DNA of 34,299 nucleotides from Octopus bimaculoides (taxonomy: Eukaryota), in NCBI RefSeq assembly GCF_001194135.2, contig NC_068991.1, positions 48,475,898 through 48,510,196 on the forward strand, read 5' to 3'. This document shows, in pieces, positions 11,340-22,151 of this stretch (positions are counted from its first letter, which is position 1; every line of letters starts with the position of its first letter). The notes beneath the pieces were generated by a model. It did not search any database. It worked only from the letters and a program-made list of their open reading frames with translations, and was not told the DNA's origin. Made by a program: the position numbers and the translations under genes.

Positions 11340-11612
11340 CCTTATTTGTGAAAGCACAACAACATTTGGATGTAAACTCTGTGAGTTTCGATTCAGGCAA
11401 GAAGGCACTAAAGTGATCTGGAACTAAAAAAAGTTCATCAGAGCATTTCCTTTGGTAGTAACGATATAAAAGAGCAAGACTGGCGATGTCACATCGATAT
11501 GACAAAGGTTGCGGAGTTGAAGCAAGGGCGGAACCAGTCAAAGCAGCGACTCGATTCTGAACCCAATCAAGAACACCCAAGTGACAAGATGGTACACCCG
11601 CCCAAATATGTG
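11340..11612 (-). mobile_element. LINE ORF2 relic, region C-terminal to RT (CR1/L2/Jockey-group-like)
   Basis: HIWAGVPSCHLGVLDWVQNRVAALTGSALASTPQPLSYRCDIASLALLYRYYQRKCSDEL fits the typical LEYxSxxW...LDRVQxRA...L.xRRxxASL..xYRYYxGxCSxEL pattern. The clade is uncertain. Confidence 0.75.
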
Positions 11613-11884
11613 AGGTAGTCCTTTGACCTCTACAATAACCCAAACATGCGGGAATTGACTGCTAAGAAACCCAAGAAAAATTAGGTGAATAAGTAAGACG
11701 AAGCAATTTCAAAGGAAGTCTTTAAAGGTGTTAGATCAACTGAACTACTTACTTATAGAATTATCATACAAGTGGTTGAGTATTCCTCAGATTTATGAAC
11801 GCATGTTTAACATAATTTTTAAGGTGAATCATCCTTACTGAGCAAAGGTTGGACCTTTGAATTACAGTTTCAATCTATCATCTC

Positions 11885-12010
11885 GGCTTTCACACAGTTT
11901 CGGTCTACCCAAATTTACTCTGAGATAAACTATAGACGCGACGTTATAGATTAAAGACACTTGCCAACTATGGGATCGAACTTGTGATTTCATGATTTCG
12001 AGGCGAAAGA
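11885..12010 (-). mobile_element. Highly diverged family A-like SINE head
   Basis: CAGTTTCGGTCTACCCAAATTTACTC...AAGACACTTGCC...GGGATCGAAC resembles the reverse complement of family A. Confidence 0.5.
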
Positions 12011-12175
12011 TTTCGTGAGTTATACGAAAATAACGAGACGAACCTCTATGGGCTTAAAATTCATTAACGATAGAATAGAAGCTTTTGTATATGTTTTTAG
12101 TTGTCTTCAATGAATGACAACGATAGCGTTGGTGATAATCTTGGAAAAGAAAAGAGAAATGAAGCATGTGTGTGT

Positions 12176-12225
<50 letters not shown>

Positions 12226-12607
12226 NNNNNNNNNNNNNNNNNNNNNNNNNNNNNNNNNNNNNNNNNNNNNNNNNNNNNNNNNNNNNNNNNNNNNNNNNNN
12301 NNNNNNNNNNNNNNNNNNNNNNNNNNNNNNNNNNNNNNNNNNNNNNNNNNNNNNNNNNNNNNNNNNNNNNNNNNNNNNNNNNNNNNNNNNNNNNNNNNNN
12401 NNNNNNNNNNNNNNNNNNNNNNNNNNNNNNNNNNNNNNNNNNNNNNNNNNNNNNNNNNNNNNNNNNNNNNNNNNNNNNNNNNNNNNNNNNNNNNNNNNNN
12501 NNNNNNNNNNNNNNNNNNNNNNNNNNNNNNNNNNNNNNNNNNNNNNNNNNNNNNNNNNCGTGATGAGCAACGCAAAGTGTAAGTAGTTGTCGTGTGAAAA
12601 GTGTCAA

Positions 12608-12695
<88 letters not shown>

Positions 12696-13199
12696 GTGGG
12701 TGTATGTGTGTGTGATCAAAGAGTGATTTAGGTGTGTAGGCAGGAATTTTTGCTGTTATTATGTGTTTGTGTGCCTGCGTGTGTAGGTGTCGGGGTGTGA
12801 GTGTGCATTTGGGTAGGTACGGCGGTTAGTGTGTGAATTGCGCTTATGTATGTATGTATGTATGTATGTAAGAGTGTATGTATGCATGAATGCATATAAT
12901 TGTGTTTGTATATATGTTTGTATGTATGTATGTATGTGTTTGTATTTGTTTTAGAGGCAACACGTTCATTGTTGAATATCAGCAGAGTTACATGTGATTA
13001 AGTGGAAGCTAAACTGCTGCTCAGTGCGAAGACAAGAAATGGGAGTACCATATCACGGTACAAGTCGAGGAGGCCTGATAAAGTGAAGTAGTTGTTTTCA
13101 AGCTTCAGTAATCCGCTTATTGTGTAGGAAATTTAACGGTTCCGCCTCGTTTTGCTATGCAATTTATGCTTGTCAAAAATATACCAAACTCTTCTTTAA

Positions 13200-13585
13200 A
13201 TAATAGTCAGTTGGTCAGAAATGAGCCTTACTCTCTCTTTCTGCCTCCGTATATATATACATATACATACAAACATAGATGCATACCCATATACATACAT
13301 ACATTCATACATGCATGCCTACGTACATACACACATACATACACACACACACACACACACATACATACATACATACATACATTCATACATACATACATAC
13401 ATACATACATACATGCATACATACATAATAGTCAGTTGGTTAGAAATAAGCCTTACTCTCTCTTTCTGTCTCCGTATATATACATATACATACATATATA
13501 CATACATACATACATACAAACATACATGCATACATACATACATACATGCATGCATACATACATACATACATACATACATACATAC
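13200..13585. repeat. Local tandem duplication (period about 225 bp) of a ~60-bp unique segment plus a (TACA)n tract
   Basis: ATAATAGTCAGTTGGTCAGAAATGAGCCTTACTCTCTCTTTCTGCCTCCGTATATAT at 13200 recurs at 13425 with about 3 substitutions. Confidence 0.9.
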
Positions 13586-14663
13586 GAAGGGAATCTTAAA
13601 GATTNNNNNNNNNNNNNNNNNNNNNNNNNNNNNNNNNNNNNNNNNNNNNNNNNNNNNNNNNNNNNNNNNNNNNNNNNNNNNNNNNNNNNNNNNNNNNNNN
13701 NNNNNNNNNNNNNNNNNNNNNNNNNNNNNNNNNNNNNNNNNNNNNNNNNNNNNNNNNNNNNNNNNNNNNNNNNNNNNNNNNNNNNNNNNNNNNNNNNNNN
13801 NNNNNNNNNNNNNNNNNNNNNNNNNNNNNNNNNNNNNNNNNNNNNNNNNNNNNNNNNNNNNNNNNNNNNNNNNNNNNNNNNNNNNNNNNNNNNNNNNNNN
13901 NNNNNNNNACACACACACACACACACACACACACCCACACACACCCACACACACACACCCACACATACACACAGGCACAGATATATGTATATGTGTATGT
14001 ATATATTTTATCATCACTGATTGAAACTTAGGGCGCCCGAAACTCCTATATTGCAAGAAATAAGAATTAAAATGTATTAATCCTGTAAGAAGAGCGCAAT
14101 ATATATACACGGACAGGGGCGATAACCGCTTCATGAGCGAGTCAAGGACTACTAGACTAGCTTCGCCTATCACTCGTAGGCTTTCGATTTATGGCTAATT
14201 TAGTGAAGTTCTGATGCGTATATCAAAACTTAATATAAACAGCTAGGCGAAATATAATAGTAGTCCGAGAGGCGGTTTTGTGGCAGTTATCTTCCCTGTC
14301 ACTCTATATATATCTGATGATTTTTACAGCATTAAGAGTTTTAATTCTTATTCCCTGTAATTTTTTTTTTATATTGTTAAATTTCTCTTTGAGACTCAAA
14401 AGCAATTACTATCAGATTTTAATTGAAATGGAAATTACATTATATTGAGAATTTACTGTATACGGCATTCTATGCCTCAACCTCAACTTAATTTTACAAC
14501 TTCATGGCATTAACCCTATTGAAGTAGTTTAATTAGTTCTTGATTAATTGTTAATTCGATACACACTAACATATAAGTCCACATGTTTCCCCAACTTATT
14601 CGTCTTCAAGTTATCATCCCATTATCCATATTAACCATATTTTGTCACCAATCAGACACACAC

Positions 14664-14840
14664 CGATTGTTGTGTCCAATCCTATTCCCACAAAACATGA
14701 ACCCTCTGGGATTGTGATCTTATTCAAGTAATTTTTAGTTCCTGCAGTTGTCGACGTGCGAATTTTAAGGTGAGCATAATCTGTATTAATTTCACCAGTC
14801 GTAGAACCACCACGGAAGTCATAGCCGCAAGTGTTTTCCT
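14664..14840 (-). CDS. Candidate 177-nt phase 1-1 coding exon, CUB-domain-like peptide
   Basis: Acceptor TTTTAAATTATTCATTCAG|AG (AG at 14842-14841) and donor TCG|GTGTGT. The frame reads ENTCGYDFRGGSTTGEINTDYAHLKIRTSTTAGTKNYLNKITIPEGSCFVGIGLDTTI and stays open to a stop at 14614-14616. The CG...GxI...IxxPxG spacing is CUB-like. It is not in the ORF track because it lacks a start codon. Confidence 0.5.
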
Positions 14841-15274
14841 CTGAATGAATAATTTAAAACCAAAATGATATCTTTGATCGATGATCATAAACATTCCTAC
14901 AATCAAAGAGCGTAACACTCGATTAATTTTAAGTGTGGAATGCATTACAGACTGCAACATGTAACAGTGAATTAACAACGGAGCAGCTGAATGAAAAAGC
15001 ATAGTTTAAGGTTGTAGTGGTTCATTCTGCCTCTCAAACGGAAGGGTCTCTGTCGCTCTCAATGAAGAACACTCGTTTATTCGACCACTGAATGCCTAAT
15101 TTAGGTTTTATCTTGTAAGCGAATATGTACTCAACGTAAACGTGAACCATTAAAGCAAAATTCAAGCCAATTAAGTAAACAATTTAGCAAGCCTGAAACT
15201 CTGAGATACAAGCATAATCAAGGAAGAAATAATGTGAAAGAAAGAAGGAAAATGAGATGAACCTAACCAAGTAA

Positions 15275-15350
15275 TGGACTGGTACTTTATTTACTGACTC
15301 CAAAGAAAATGAAAGATAAATTCGACTATGGTGAGATTTGAACTCTGGAA
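15275..15350 (-). mobile_element. SINE family B central fragment
   Basis: GACTGGTACTTTATTTACTGACTCCAAAGAAAATGAAAG...TTCGACTATGGTGAGATTTGAACTC. Confidence 0.65.
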
Positions 15351-16062
15351 AGATTACCGTAAAAGATTTTAAATGAAACTTTCATGATTTTACCAATAGG
15401 CAGATTGTTTTTCATGTGTAATGTACAGATAACAAATTTTTGACGACAACAAAGATGTGTGTACATATGTGTATATATTTAAACCAGATATACCAGATAC
15501 AGCAAGAATCTGGTTTCCAGGTAAATATTTACAGACTTAGACAAAAATTCTCATGACAACATTTAAAAAAATAACAAAGTGAATAAAATGTGCGAAAGAG
15601 ACGATGTGTAGTAAAGCATAAAACTTGCAGCCACTGTTTATTCGATACAGAATCTCTTGTTCCAATTAGTGAAAAGGTAAAAGGTTAATTTAATTTCGCT
15701 AATGATACATACATACACACATACGTACCTATGTACATACATGCATACATACTTACGTATACATAGGCACACGCGTATATATGTGTGTATGCATCTATGA
15801 ATATATGGGTGTCTATTCACACATACATACACACATATACATTATTTTTATGTTCAGTTAGAAAAACAATTTTACATTAATATTATTGGTAACTGTATAC
15901 TCATTTAGAGTACAAATAATTATTATTCGTATACAAGAATGATTATACAAGAATGACTGTGACTTCGAAGTTTCAGCTGTGGCTTAGCTGGCTGAAACTT
16001 TGAAATCACTCTCCGCAACATTCTTGTTTAACAATTATATATACTATCTTACCAAGAGTTAC

Positions 16063-16130
<68 letters not shown>
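16063..16130. repeat. (ATCT)17 microsatellite
   Basis: Perfect 68-bp tract directly abutting the LINE fragment at 16132. Confidence 0.97.
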
Positions 16131-16131
16131 C

Positions 16132-16852
16132 ATTTCCGAGCTGTGGGCTTACGTCGAACAACTGCTATCGCGTGTGGGACGAGTCGGTCTATCAGCCGAG
16201 TCTATCGTGAATATTGTCGCGCCTCCTTCTTTTAAACGGGAAGGAAGAGCTATTTTCATCGTACTTGTGGCTATGGCGAAATAATGTGTATGGTGGACGC
16301 GTCTGAAATGTCTAGAGACAAAGACTTTCTTCTCTGGGCAATCTCTCATCAACTTCTTCAAGTATCATCTGAAGAGGAAGGTGAGAGTAGAAAGGGAAGT
16401 CGTGTCTAGTGAATGCTTCAAAAAAGGATGGGTGAGTGTAGCAAGGATGGCACGTGTGAATGACGGAGCCACCTTGAGCATAACACTATAAAGGAGTAAA
16501 AAAAATAAAAATAAAAAATCCAGACAAAAAACAAAAAGGCAAAAGAGAGTCACTTACTGTTATAGTTTCTGCAATGACAATATTGACCAAGGTNNNNNNN
16601 NNNNNNNNNNNNNNNNNNNNNNNNNNNNNNNNNNNNNNNNNNNNNNNNNNNNNNNNNNNNNNNNNNNNNNNNNNNNNNNNNNNCTTCTCTCGGTCCTTTT
16701 TGATCGAACTCCCCCCTTTTTTCCTTCCTACGATCCCTTTTGATCAACACCCACCCCTACTTTTTTTCTCTTCCTTCCCCCTCCTAAAAAGAAAAGCTCT
16801 ACATTGTATTCGTCCCATCTTTGTTGAGCCTTGTGTGGCTAATAAAAGAAAT
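16132..16852 (+). mobile_element. 5'-truncated L1-clade (Tx1-like) LINE: ORF2 C-terminus plus probable 3' UTR
   Basis: One frame, 16132-16491, with a single internal stop: ISELWAYVEQLLSRVGRVGLSAESIVNI...IFIVLVAMAK*CVWWTRLK...LINFFKYHLKRKVRVERE...GWVSVARMARVNDGATLSITL*. An A-rich then pyrimidine-rich UTR spans the 90-nt gap, with AATAAA at 16841 and (TATC)n at 16854-16880. Clade assignment is from motif recall, and continuity across the gap is inferred. Confidence 0.7.
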
Positions 16853-16880
16853 GTATCTATCTATCTATCTATCTATCTAT

Positions 16881-17118
16881 TATTTTATTCTTTTACTTCT
16901 TTCAGTCATTTCACTGGGGTCATCCTGGAGCACCACTTTAAGGGGTTTCAGTTGAACAAATCGACCCCAAGACTTATTTTTAGTAAGCCTAGTACTTATT
17001 CTATCGTATGCATTTGCCGAATCGCTAGGTTACGGGGACAGCTTTCAAGCGATAGTGGTTGTGGTGGACAAACACAGGCACAAACACACAAATACACACA
17101 CAGACAATATATATATAT
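16881..17118 (-). mobile_element. SINE family A, 3' half
   Basis: TCAGTCATTTC...GGAGCACC...AAATCGACCCCAAGACTTA...AAGCCTAGTACTTATTCTATCG...TTGCCGAATCGCTAGGTTACGGGGAC is the reverse complement of 1780-1930. Confidence 0.85.
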
Positions 17119-17640
17119 GCTTTTTTGTGAGGCACTTTACCTACTTGTTCTTCCACATCATCCGTGCTTATGACAATATTTCTTTGTTTCTTTCCTCCTT
17201 GTAATTCTGTATTGATAGTTTCTATCCACTTTGCATCACTTCTATGCACCACATTGTTCCCCCATAATCCCCTCCAGAACTCCTTGGCTTGATTTGCATC
17301 AGGAGCAACATTTTCCCCCATTGTCACCTTCTAACGTGCGGTAGAATTGCTTCCGGTTATTTTTGAACAATCTGTTCTCCTCGAACTACTTATTTCTGTT
17401 CACAGGTTTTCCGATCTTCAAGCTTTTTCCGTTCTTCCGTATTTTATATTTCTTCTCCAATTTTTCTCGGTCGGTCTTTTTCCCATTTTCCCAGTTTCCT
17501 CTTAACCATTGCTCAATTATTCCTAGATCTTGCCTTGCCCGCATTATGTCTCTTTCAGTGAATCGTTTCCACCATAGTTCTTTTGCTCCACCATTTTTTG
17601 TATTTACACACCTCTAGAATTTGGTCTCTTCAACAAGTTG
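17119..17640 (-). mobile_element. R4/Dong-like (RLE-type) LINE relic, region upstream of RT
   Basis: KELWWKRFTERDI...LEKKYKIRK...NRLFKNNRKQFYRTL and PDANQAKEFWRGLWGNNVVHRSDAKWI...ISTDDVEEQVGKVPHKKA. The last motif corresponds to the NWKAPG motif at the start of RT. Confidence 0.8.
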
Positions 17641-17674
17641 CTTCTTTTTCCTACTCTCAAAACGCTTACAAAAC

Positions 17675-17925
17675 TAGTGATTGTGGGAACACTTGAAATG
17701 ACCAGTAAAGGAACTAAACATTAGTTGAGAATGACTCCTGGATTACCATTCATGCAGGGAGCACAAAAGTTAGTATTAAGTGTTAACTGCAAACGTAAAC
17801 AGACTGTATATGAAAAGAAAGAATAGTGGCAGAGGACTGATTAGTATAGACCATTGTATAAATAGTGAAAAGAGAACGCTTGCTGAGTATTTGACAAATA
17901 GTGACGAAGATCTGCTGCAATATAC
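17675..17925 (+). mobile_element. R4/Dong-like LINE relic, region just downstream of RT, opposite orientation
   Basis: TANVNRLYMKRKNSGRGLISIDHCINSEKRTLAEYLTNSDEDLL matches the conserved (D/N)VxRLYxxRxxGGRGL motif. Confidence 0.8.
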
Positions 17926-17964
17926 CGGGACCCATATTATTATTGAGTGAGAGAGCAGTGAATG

Positions 17965-18208
17965 CCATCAAAGTAACACTGGGGTAAAATATACGAAGCC
18001 CAGTATACCCATCATGACTACCCGTCTCATAAGGGTACACCAGGCACATGCATCACAACCATATGTGCGCGACATGGTGATCTCATATCAAGATAAACAG
18101 CGCATGACCTCGCAGGTGGGGCCCAGTTAGAATTTTCTTCAGGTCGAGTAGCCCATCCTGCTCAAAATGTCCCTGAATAAGGTTTGTTTAAGGATGTTGA
18201 GCAAAACA
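17965..18208. repeat. Probable interspersed repeat, family unassigned, truncated by a gap
   Basis: GC-richer block (AAGGGTACACCAGGCACATGCATCACAACC...GGTGGGGCCCAGTTAGAATTTTC) recalled as a common octopod repeat. Only one copy is present here, so the call is not self-verifiable. Confidence 0.4.
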
Positions 18209-19466
18209 NNNNNNNNNNNNNNNNNNNNNNNNNNNNNNNNNNNNNNNNNNNNNNNNNNNNNNNNNNNNNNNNNNNNNNNNNNNNNNNNNNNNNNNNNNNN
18301 NNNNNNNNNNNNNNNNNNNNNNNNNNNNNNNNNNNNNNNNNNNNNNNNNNNNNNNNNNNNNNNNNNNNNNNNNNNNNNNNNNNNNNNNNNNNNNNNNNNN
18401 NNNNNNNNNNNNNNNNNNNNNNNNNNNNNNNNNNNNNNNNNNNNNNNNNNNNNNNNNNNNNNNNNNNNNNNNNNNNNNNNNNNNNNNNNNNNNNNNNNNN
18501 NNNNNNNNNNNNNNNNNNNNNNNNNNNNNNNNNNNNNNNNNNNNNNNNNNNNNNNNNNNNNNNNNNNNNNNNNNNNNNNNNNNNNNNNNNNNNNNNNNNN
18601 NNNNNNNNNNNNNNNNNNNNNNNNNNNNNNNNNNNNNNNNNNNNNNNNNNNNNNNNNNNNNNNNNNNNNNNNNNNNNNNNNNNNNNNNNNNNNNNNNNNN
18701 NNNNNNNNNNNNNNNNNNNNNNNTTTTGATACAGCGAGTCCTGCATGCTAAAAACAATACCGCTGCTTGTATACACTCTGTATGTGTTTTCTTCAGGTAA
18801 TAAATAATAAATGCTCGAACTTGAAGAAATCGATAGCGTCTTGATTAGTAGAATATATTTTGAGTATTGTGCATTTGACAAGAAAGCCGTACGTTATATA
18901 ATGTACTTTAGGTCTAAACAGAAATCAATAGTATTACTTCAGGGTCCTTTAAATCGTCTCCATCACGTTATTAGATTAATAGCTACATGAAATTAAGACA
19001 AAATGAATGACAAGCAACAACGTTTTCATAATGCCATGACGACGACAACAACAACAATAATAGCAATCAGGATGGCAGGAATAATTGTAATAAGTAGAAA
19101 TTAAAGTAGAAACAATCTCCATAAATGAAAATAGAGATTATACCCCTAAGAAATTTTCCAAATACCCTACTTGTGAAGTCAGTCAATAATCACTGTAGTA
19201 TATAACAGTTCGTACAAAACTCTTAATGTCAATAAGTTAATAAAGATAGCACTTATGAATTAATATACGATATACTTGTAAATCGCGTTATCTTGTAGTC
19301 AATTAAGAAAGAGCTTAAGACTTTTAAAATCTACATCGATTAATTATTTGAATTTACTACAATTGCAAAACCTGTACAGGGTTATAGTAATGGTCATTGG
19401 CCTCCTCAGGATTGGTTACAGTGACTACAACATCATGCATACACACATACATACATACATAATACA

Positions 19467-19499
<33 letters not shown>

Positions 19500-20933
19500 C
19501 CATACTTACATAGACATATACATAGGTACATACATACATACCTATATACATACATGCCTAGGTACATATATATGTCTATGAGTCTGCCTGTATATATATA
19601 TGTGCGAGTGGGTGTGTGTGCGTGCTTGTGTACGTGTGTGTGCTTATGTATACATATGCATACAGACATACATAAACACATACTTATACATGAAATGGAA
19701 CAAAAACGCAATCGAGGGTNNNNNNNNNNNNNNNNNNNNNNNNNNNNNNNNNNNNNNNNNNNNNNNNNNNNNNNNNNNNNNNNNNNNNNNNNNNNNNNNN
19801 NNNNNNNNNNNNNNNNNNNNNNNNNNNNNNNNNNNNNNNNNNNNNNNNNNNNNNNNNNNNNNNNNNNNNNNNNNNNNNNNNNNNNNNNNNNNNNNNNNNN
19901 NNNNNNNNNNNNNNNNNNNNNNNNNNNNNNNNNNNNNNNNNNNNNNNNNNNNNNNNNNNNNNNNNNNNNNNNNNNNNNNNNNNNNNNNNNNNNNNNNNNN
20001 NNNNNNNNNNNNNNNNNNNNNNNNNNNNNNNNNNNNNNNNNNNNNNNNNNNNNNNNNNNNNNNNNNNNNNNNNNNNNNNNNNNNNNNNNNNNNNNNNNNN
20101 NNNNNNNNNNNNNNNNNNNNNNNNNNNNNNNNNNNNNNNNNNNNNNNNNNNNNNNNNNNNNNNNNNNNNNNNNNNNNNNNNNNNNNNNNNNNNNNNNNNN
20201 NNNNNNNNNNNNNNNNNNNNNNNNNNNNNNNNNNNNNNNNNNNNNNNNNNNNNNNNNNNNNNNNNNNNNNNNNNNNNNNNNNNNNNNNNNNNNNNNNNNN
20301 NNNNNNNNNNNNNNNNNNNNNNNNNNNNNNNNNNNNNNNNNNNNNNNNNNNNNNNNNNNNNNNNNNNNNNNNNNNNNNNNNNNNNNNNNNNNNNNNNNNN
20401 NNNNNNNNNNNNNNNNNNNNNNNNNNNNNNNNNNNNNNNNNNNNNNNNNNNNNNNNNNNNNNNNNNNNNNNNNNNNNNNNNNNNNNNNNNNNNNNNNNNN
20501 NNNNNNNNNNNNNNNNNNNNNNNNNNNNNNNNNNNNNNNNNNNNNNNNNNNNNNGTGGAAAAGTGGGGGTTAAAGTAAGAGAGGGCCGAGAAATGTGAGA
20601 GAGAGAGGGGGAGCGAGAAAAAGAAAAGCAGAAGAAAGTACGAGGGGGACTAAAGGATAGAGTAAAAGTGTCGTACAAAATTTAGATACACACTTACTAT
20701 AAGGTGAGCACAAGTGTGTACGTACGCCGCTATATGGATATATAAATATAAAATATGGAACAAAAACTCAATAGAGGACAATAAACATTCGGATAGATAG
20801 ACGATGCAAAGGAGGAGAGGAGAAACAACAATTAGAAGGACAGCAGCGTACGTACACACTTGTTGCATTTCATCCATTTCCCTTCCCGCTCCGAGTCTGC
20901 ATATTTACATCTTATCACTATTAATGGCGAAAT

Positions 20934-21357
20934 ATTTCTTTTCTACTCTAAGCACAAGGCACAAAGCTTTTTAGGGAGGTGGCTAGTCGATTAGATCGAG
21001 TCCAGTACACAACTGGTACTTAATTTATCGACCCCGAAAGGATGAAAGGTAAAGTTGACCTCGGCGGAATTTGAACTCAGAACGTATAGACAGACGAAAT
21101 GCCGCTAAGCATTTCACCCGGCGTGCTAACATTTCTTATTTCTTTATTGCCCACAAGGGGCTAAACATAGAGGGGACAAACAAAGGGATTAAGTCGATTT
21201 CATCGACCTCAGTGCGTAACTGGTACTTAATTTATCGACCCCGGAAGGATAAACGGCAAAGTCGACCGCGGCGGAATTTGAACTCGCAACGCTAAGACGG
21301 GCGAAATACCGCTAACCATTTCGCCCGGCGTGCTAATGTTTCTGCCACATCGCCGCC
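20934..21357 (-). mobile_element. Two adjacent SINE family B copies (20934-21136, 21137-21357) with different 3' tails
   Basis: Shared AACTGGTACTTAATTTATCGACCCCG(A/G)AAGGAT...AAAGT(T/C)GACC...GGCGGAATTTGAACTC...CCGCTAA..CATTTC.CCCGGCGTGCTAA. The minus strand has a GAGTTCAAATTCC B-box and a central GAGGTC(A/G)ACTTT.CC.TT.ATCCTT.CGGGGTCGATAAATTAAGTACC motif of widespread animal SINE superfamilies. Confidence 0.9.
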
Positions 21358-21433
21358 CGACCAATGGGAAAATATCATTTGAAAGTTACGTCCAATTGAT
21401 AACAGTCTACTCCCATGAACATAGAAATGCAAA

Positions 21434-21467
<34 letters not shown>

Positions 21468-21599
21468 AGAACAACCCCACCAATTCATATACTAATCGAT
21501 ATGTCTCATGACTCCAAGCCCGGGAATGAACCCGGTTTCCATAGTGTATAAGTGAGTGAGATTCATGTATTTCCTTGCTTGCCAGTCGCAGAGTTAACT

Positions 21600-21755
21600 T
21601 TCCAGCTATTGCTCGGATGTATGTAGAGCTGATTGATCTGGAACCACGTGAAATGAAATGTTTGGCACTAGATCAACGCATCGCTCGGTCTGAGAATAGA
21701 AACCATGAACTTATGAGCATGCTGCATCACTAACCACTAGGCCAACCGCTTTCAT
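21600..21755 (-). mobile_element. SINE family C, diverged
   Basis: CACGTGAAATGAAATGTTTGGCAC...CAACGCATCGCTCGGTC...GAAACC...CTAACCACTAGGCC is collinear with 11150-11323. Confidence 0.65.
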
Positions 21756-21950
21756 CAGCGTATATTACTGTTGACAAACTGAAAGTGAACGTGATAGCAC
21801 AATGTTTAGAATTGTTTAGGGGTCTACACTTCTTAGGAGCGAGGCACACTGTTGAAAGTTTTGAAAACATATCGATAATCCATGTAGAGAGGAGCATAAA
21901 TGCAATCGTGCAGTTAATTGAAAGAATCGTTAGAGTATCGGAATACTTAC

Positions 21951-22026
21951 CTTGTGTTATTTGTTCTGGTTCTTTAGGTTCGGAATGAAAACCATGCGAA
22001 GAGAAATTTACGTATCGTTCAGAGAA
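21951..22026 (-). CDS. Candidate 76-nt coding exon (phase 0 to 1), resembling a CUB C-terminus plus linker
   Basis: Acceptor CCTTATTTTATAG| and consensus donor AAG|GTAAGT. Only one frame is open: FSERYVNFSSHGFHSEPKEPEQITQ. It joins in frame (G+AG=Glu) to the 14840 candidate. Confidence 0.4.
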
Positions 22027-22133
22027 CTATAAAATAAGGTACTGAAGTTGTCTTCTTTCTCTTTCACTCTGTCTCTCGATTTCTATCTTTCTGTATCTAC
22101 ACCCCTTTATCTCTTTTTCTTTGCTCTGTTCAG

Positions 22134-22151
22134 AATCGGCTGCGCGGCACA
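22134..22151 (+). other. Candidate 18-nt microexon (AATCGGCTGCGCGGCACA)
   Basis: About 90-nt polypyrimidine tract ending TTTGCTCTGTTCAG|, a CpG-rich 18-mer, and donor ACA|GTAAGA. It conflicts in strand with the minus-strand exon candidates. Confidence 0.25.

Noticed and set aside
14748-14769. Plus-strand 22-nt exon-like segment (CAG|...AAG|GTGAGC)
   Set aside because: It lies antisense inside the better-supported 177-nt minus-strand candidate and is not frame-preserving.
19348-19440. Short protein-like frames on both strands (TVTNPEEANDHYYNPVQ; GYSNGHWPPQDWLQ)
   Set aside because: Under 20 codons, weak splice sites, and equally plausible on either strand.
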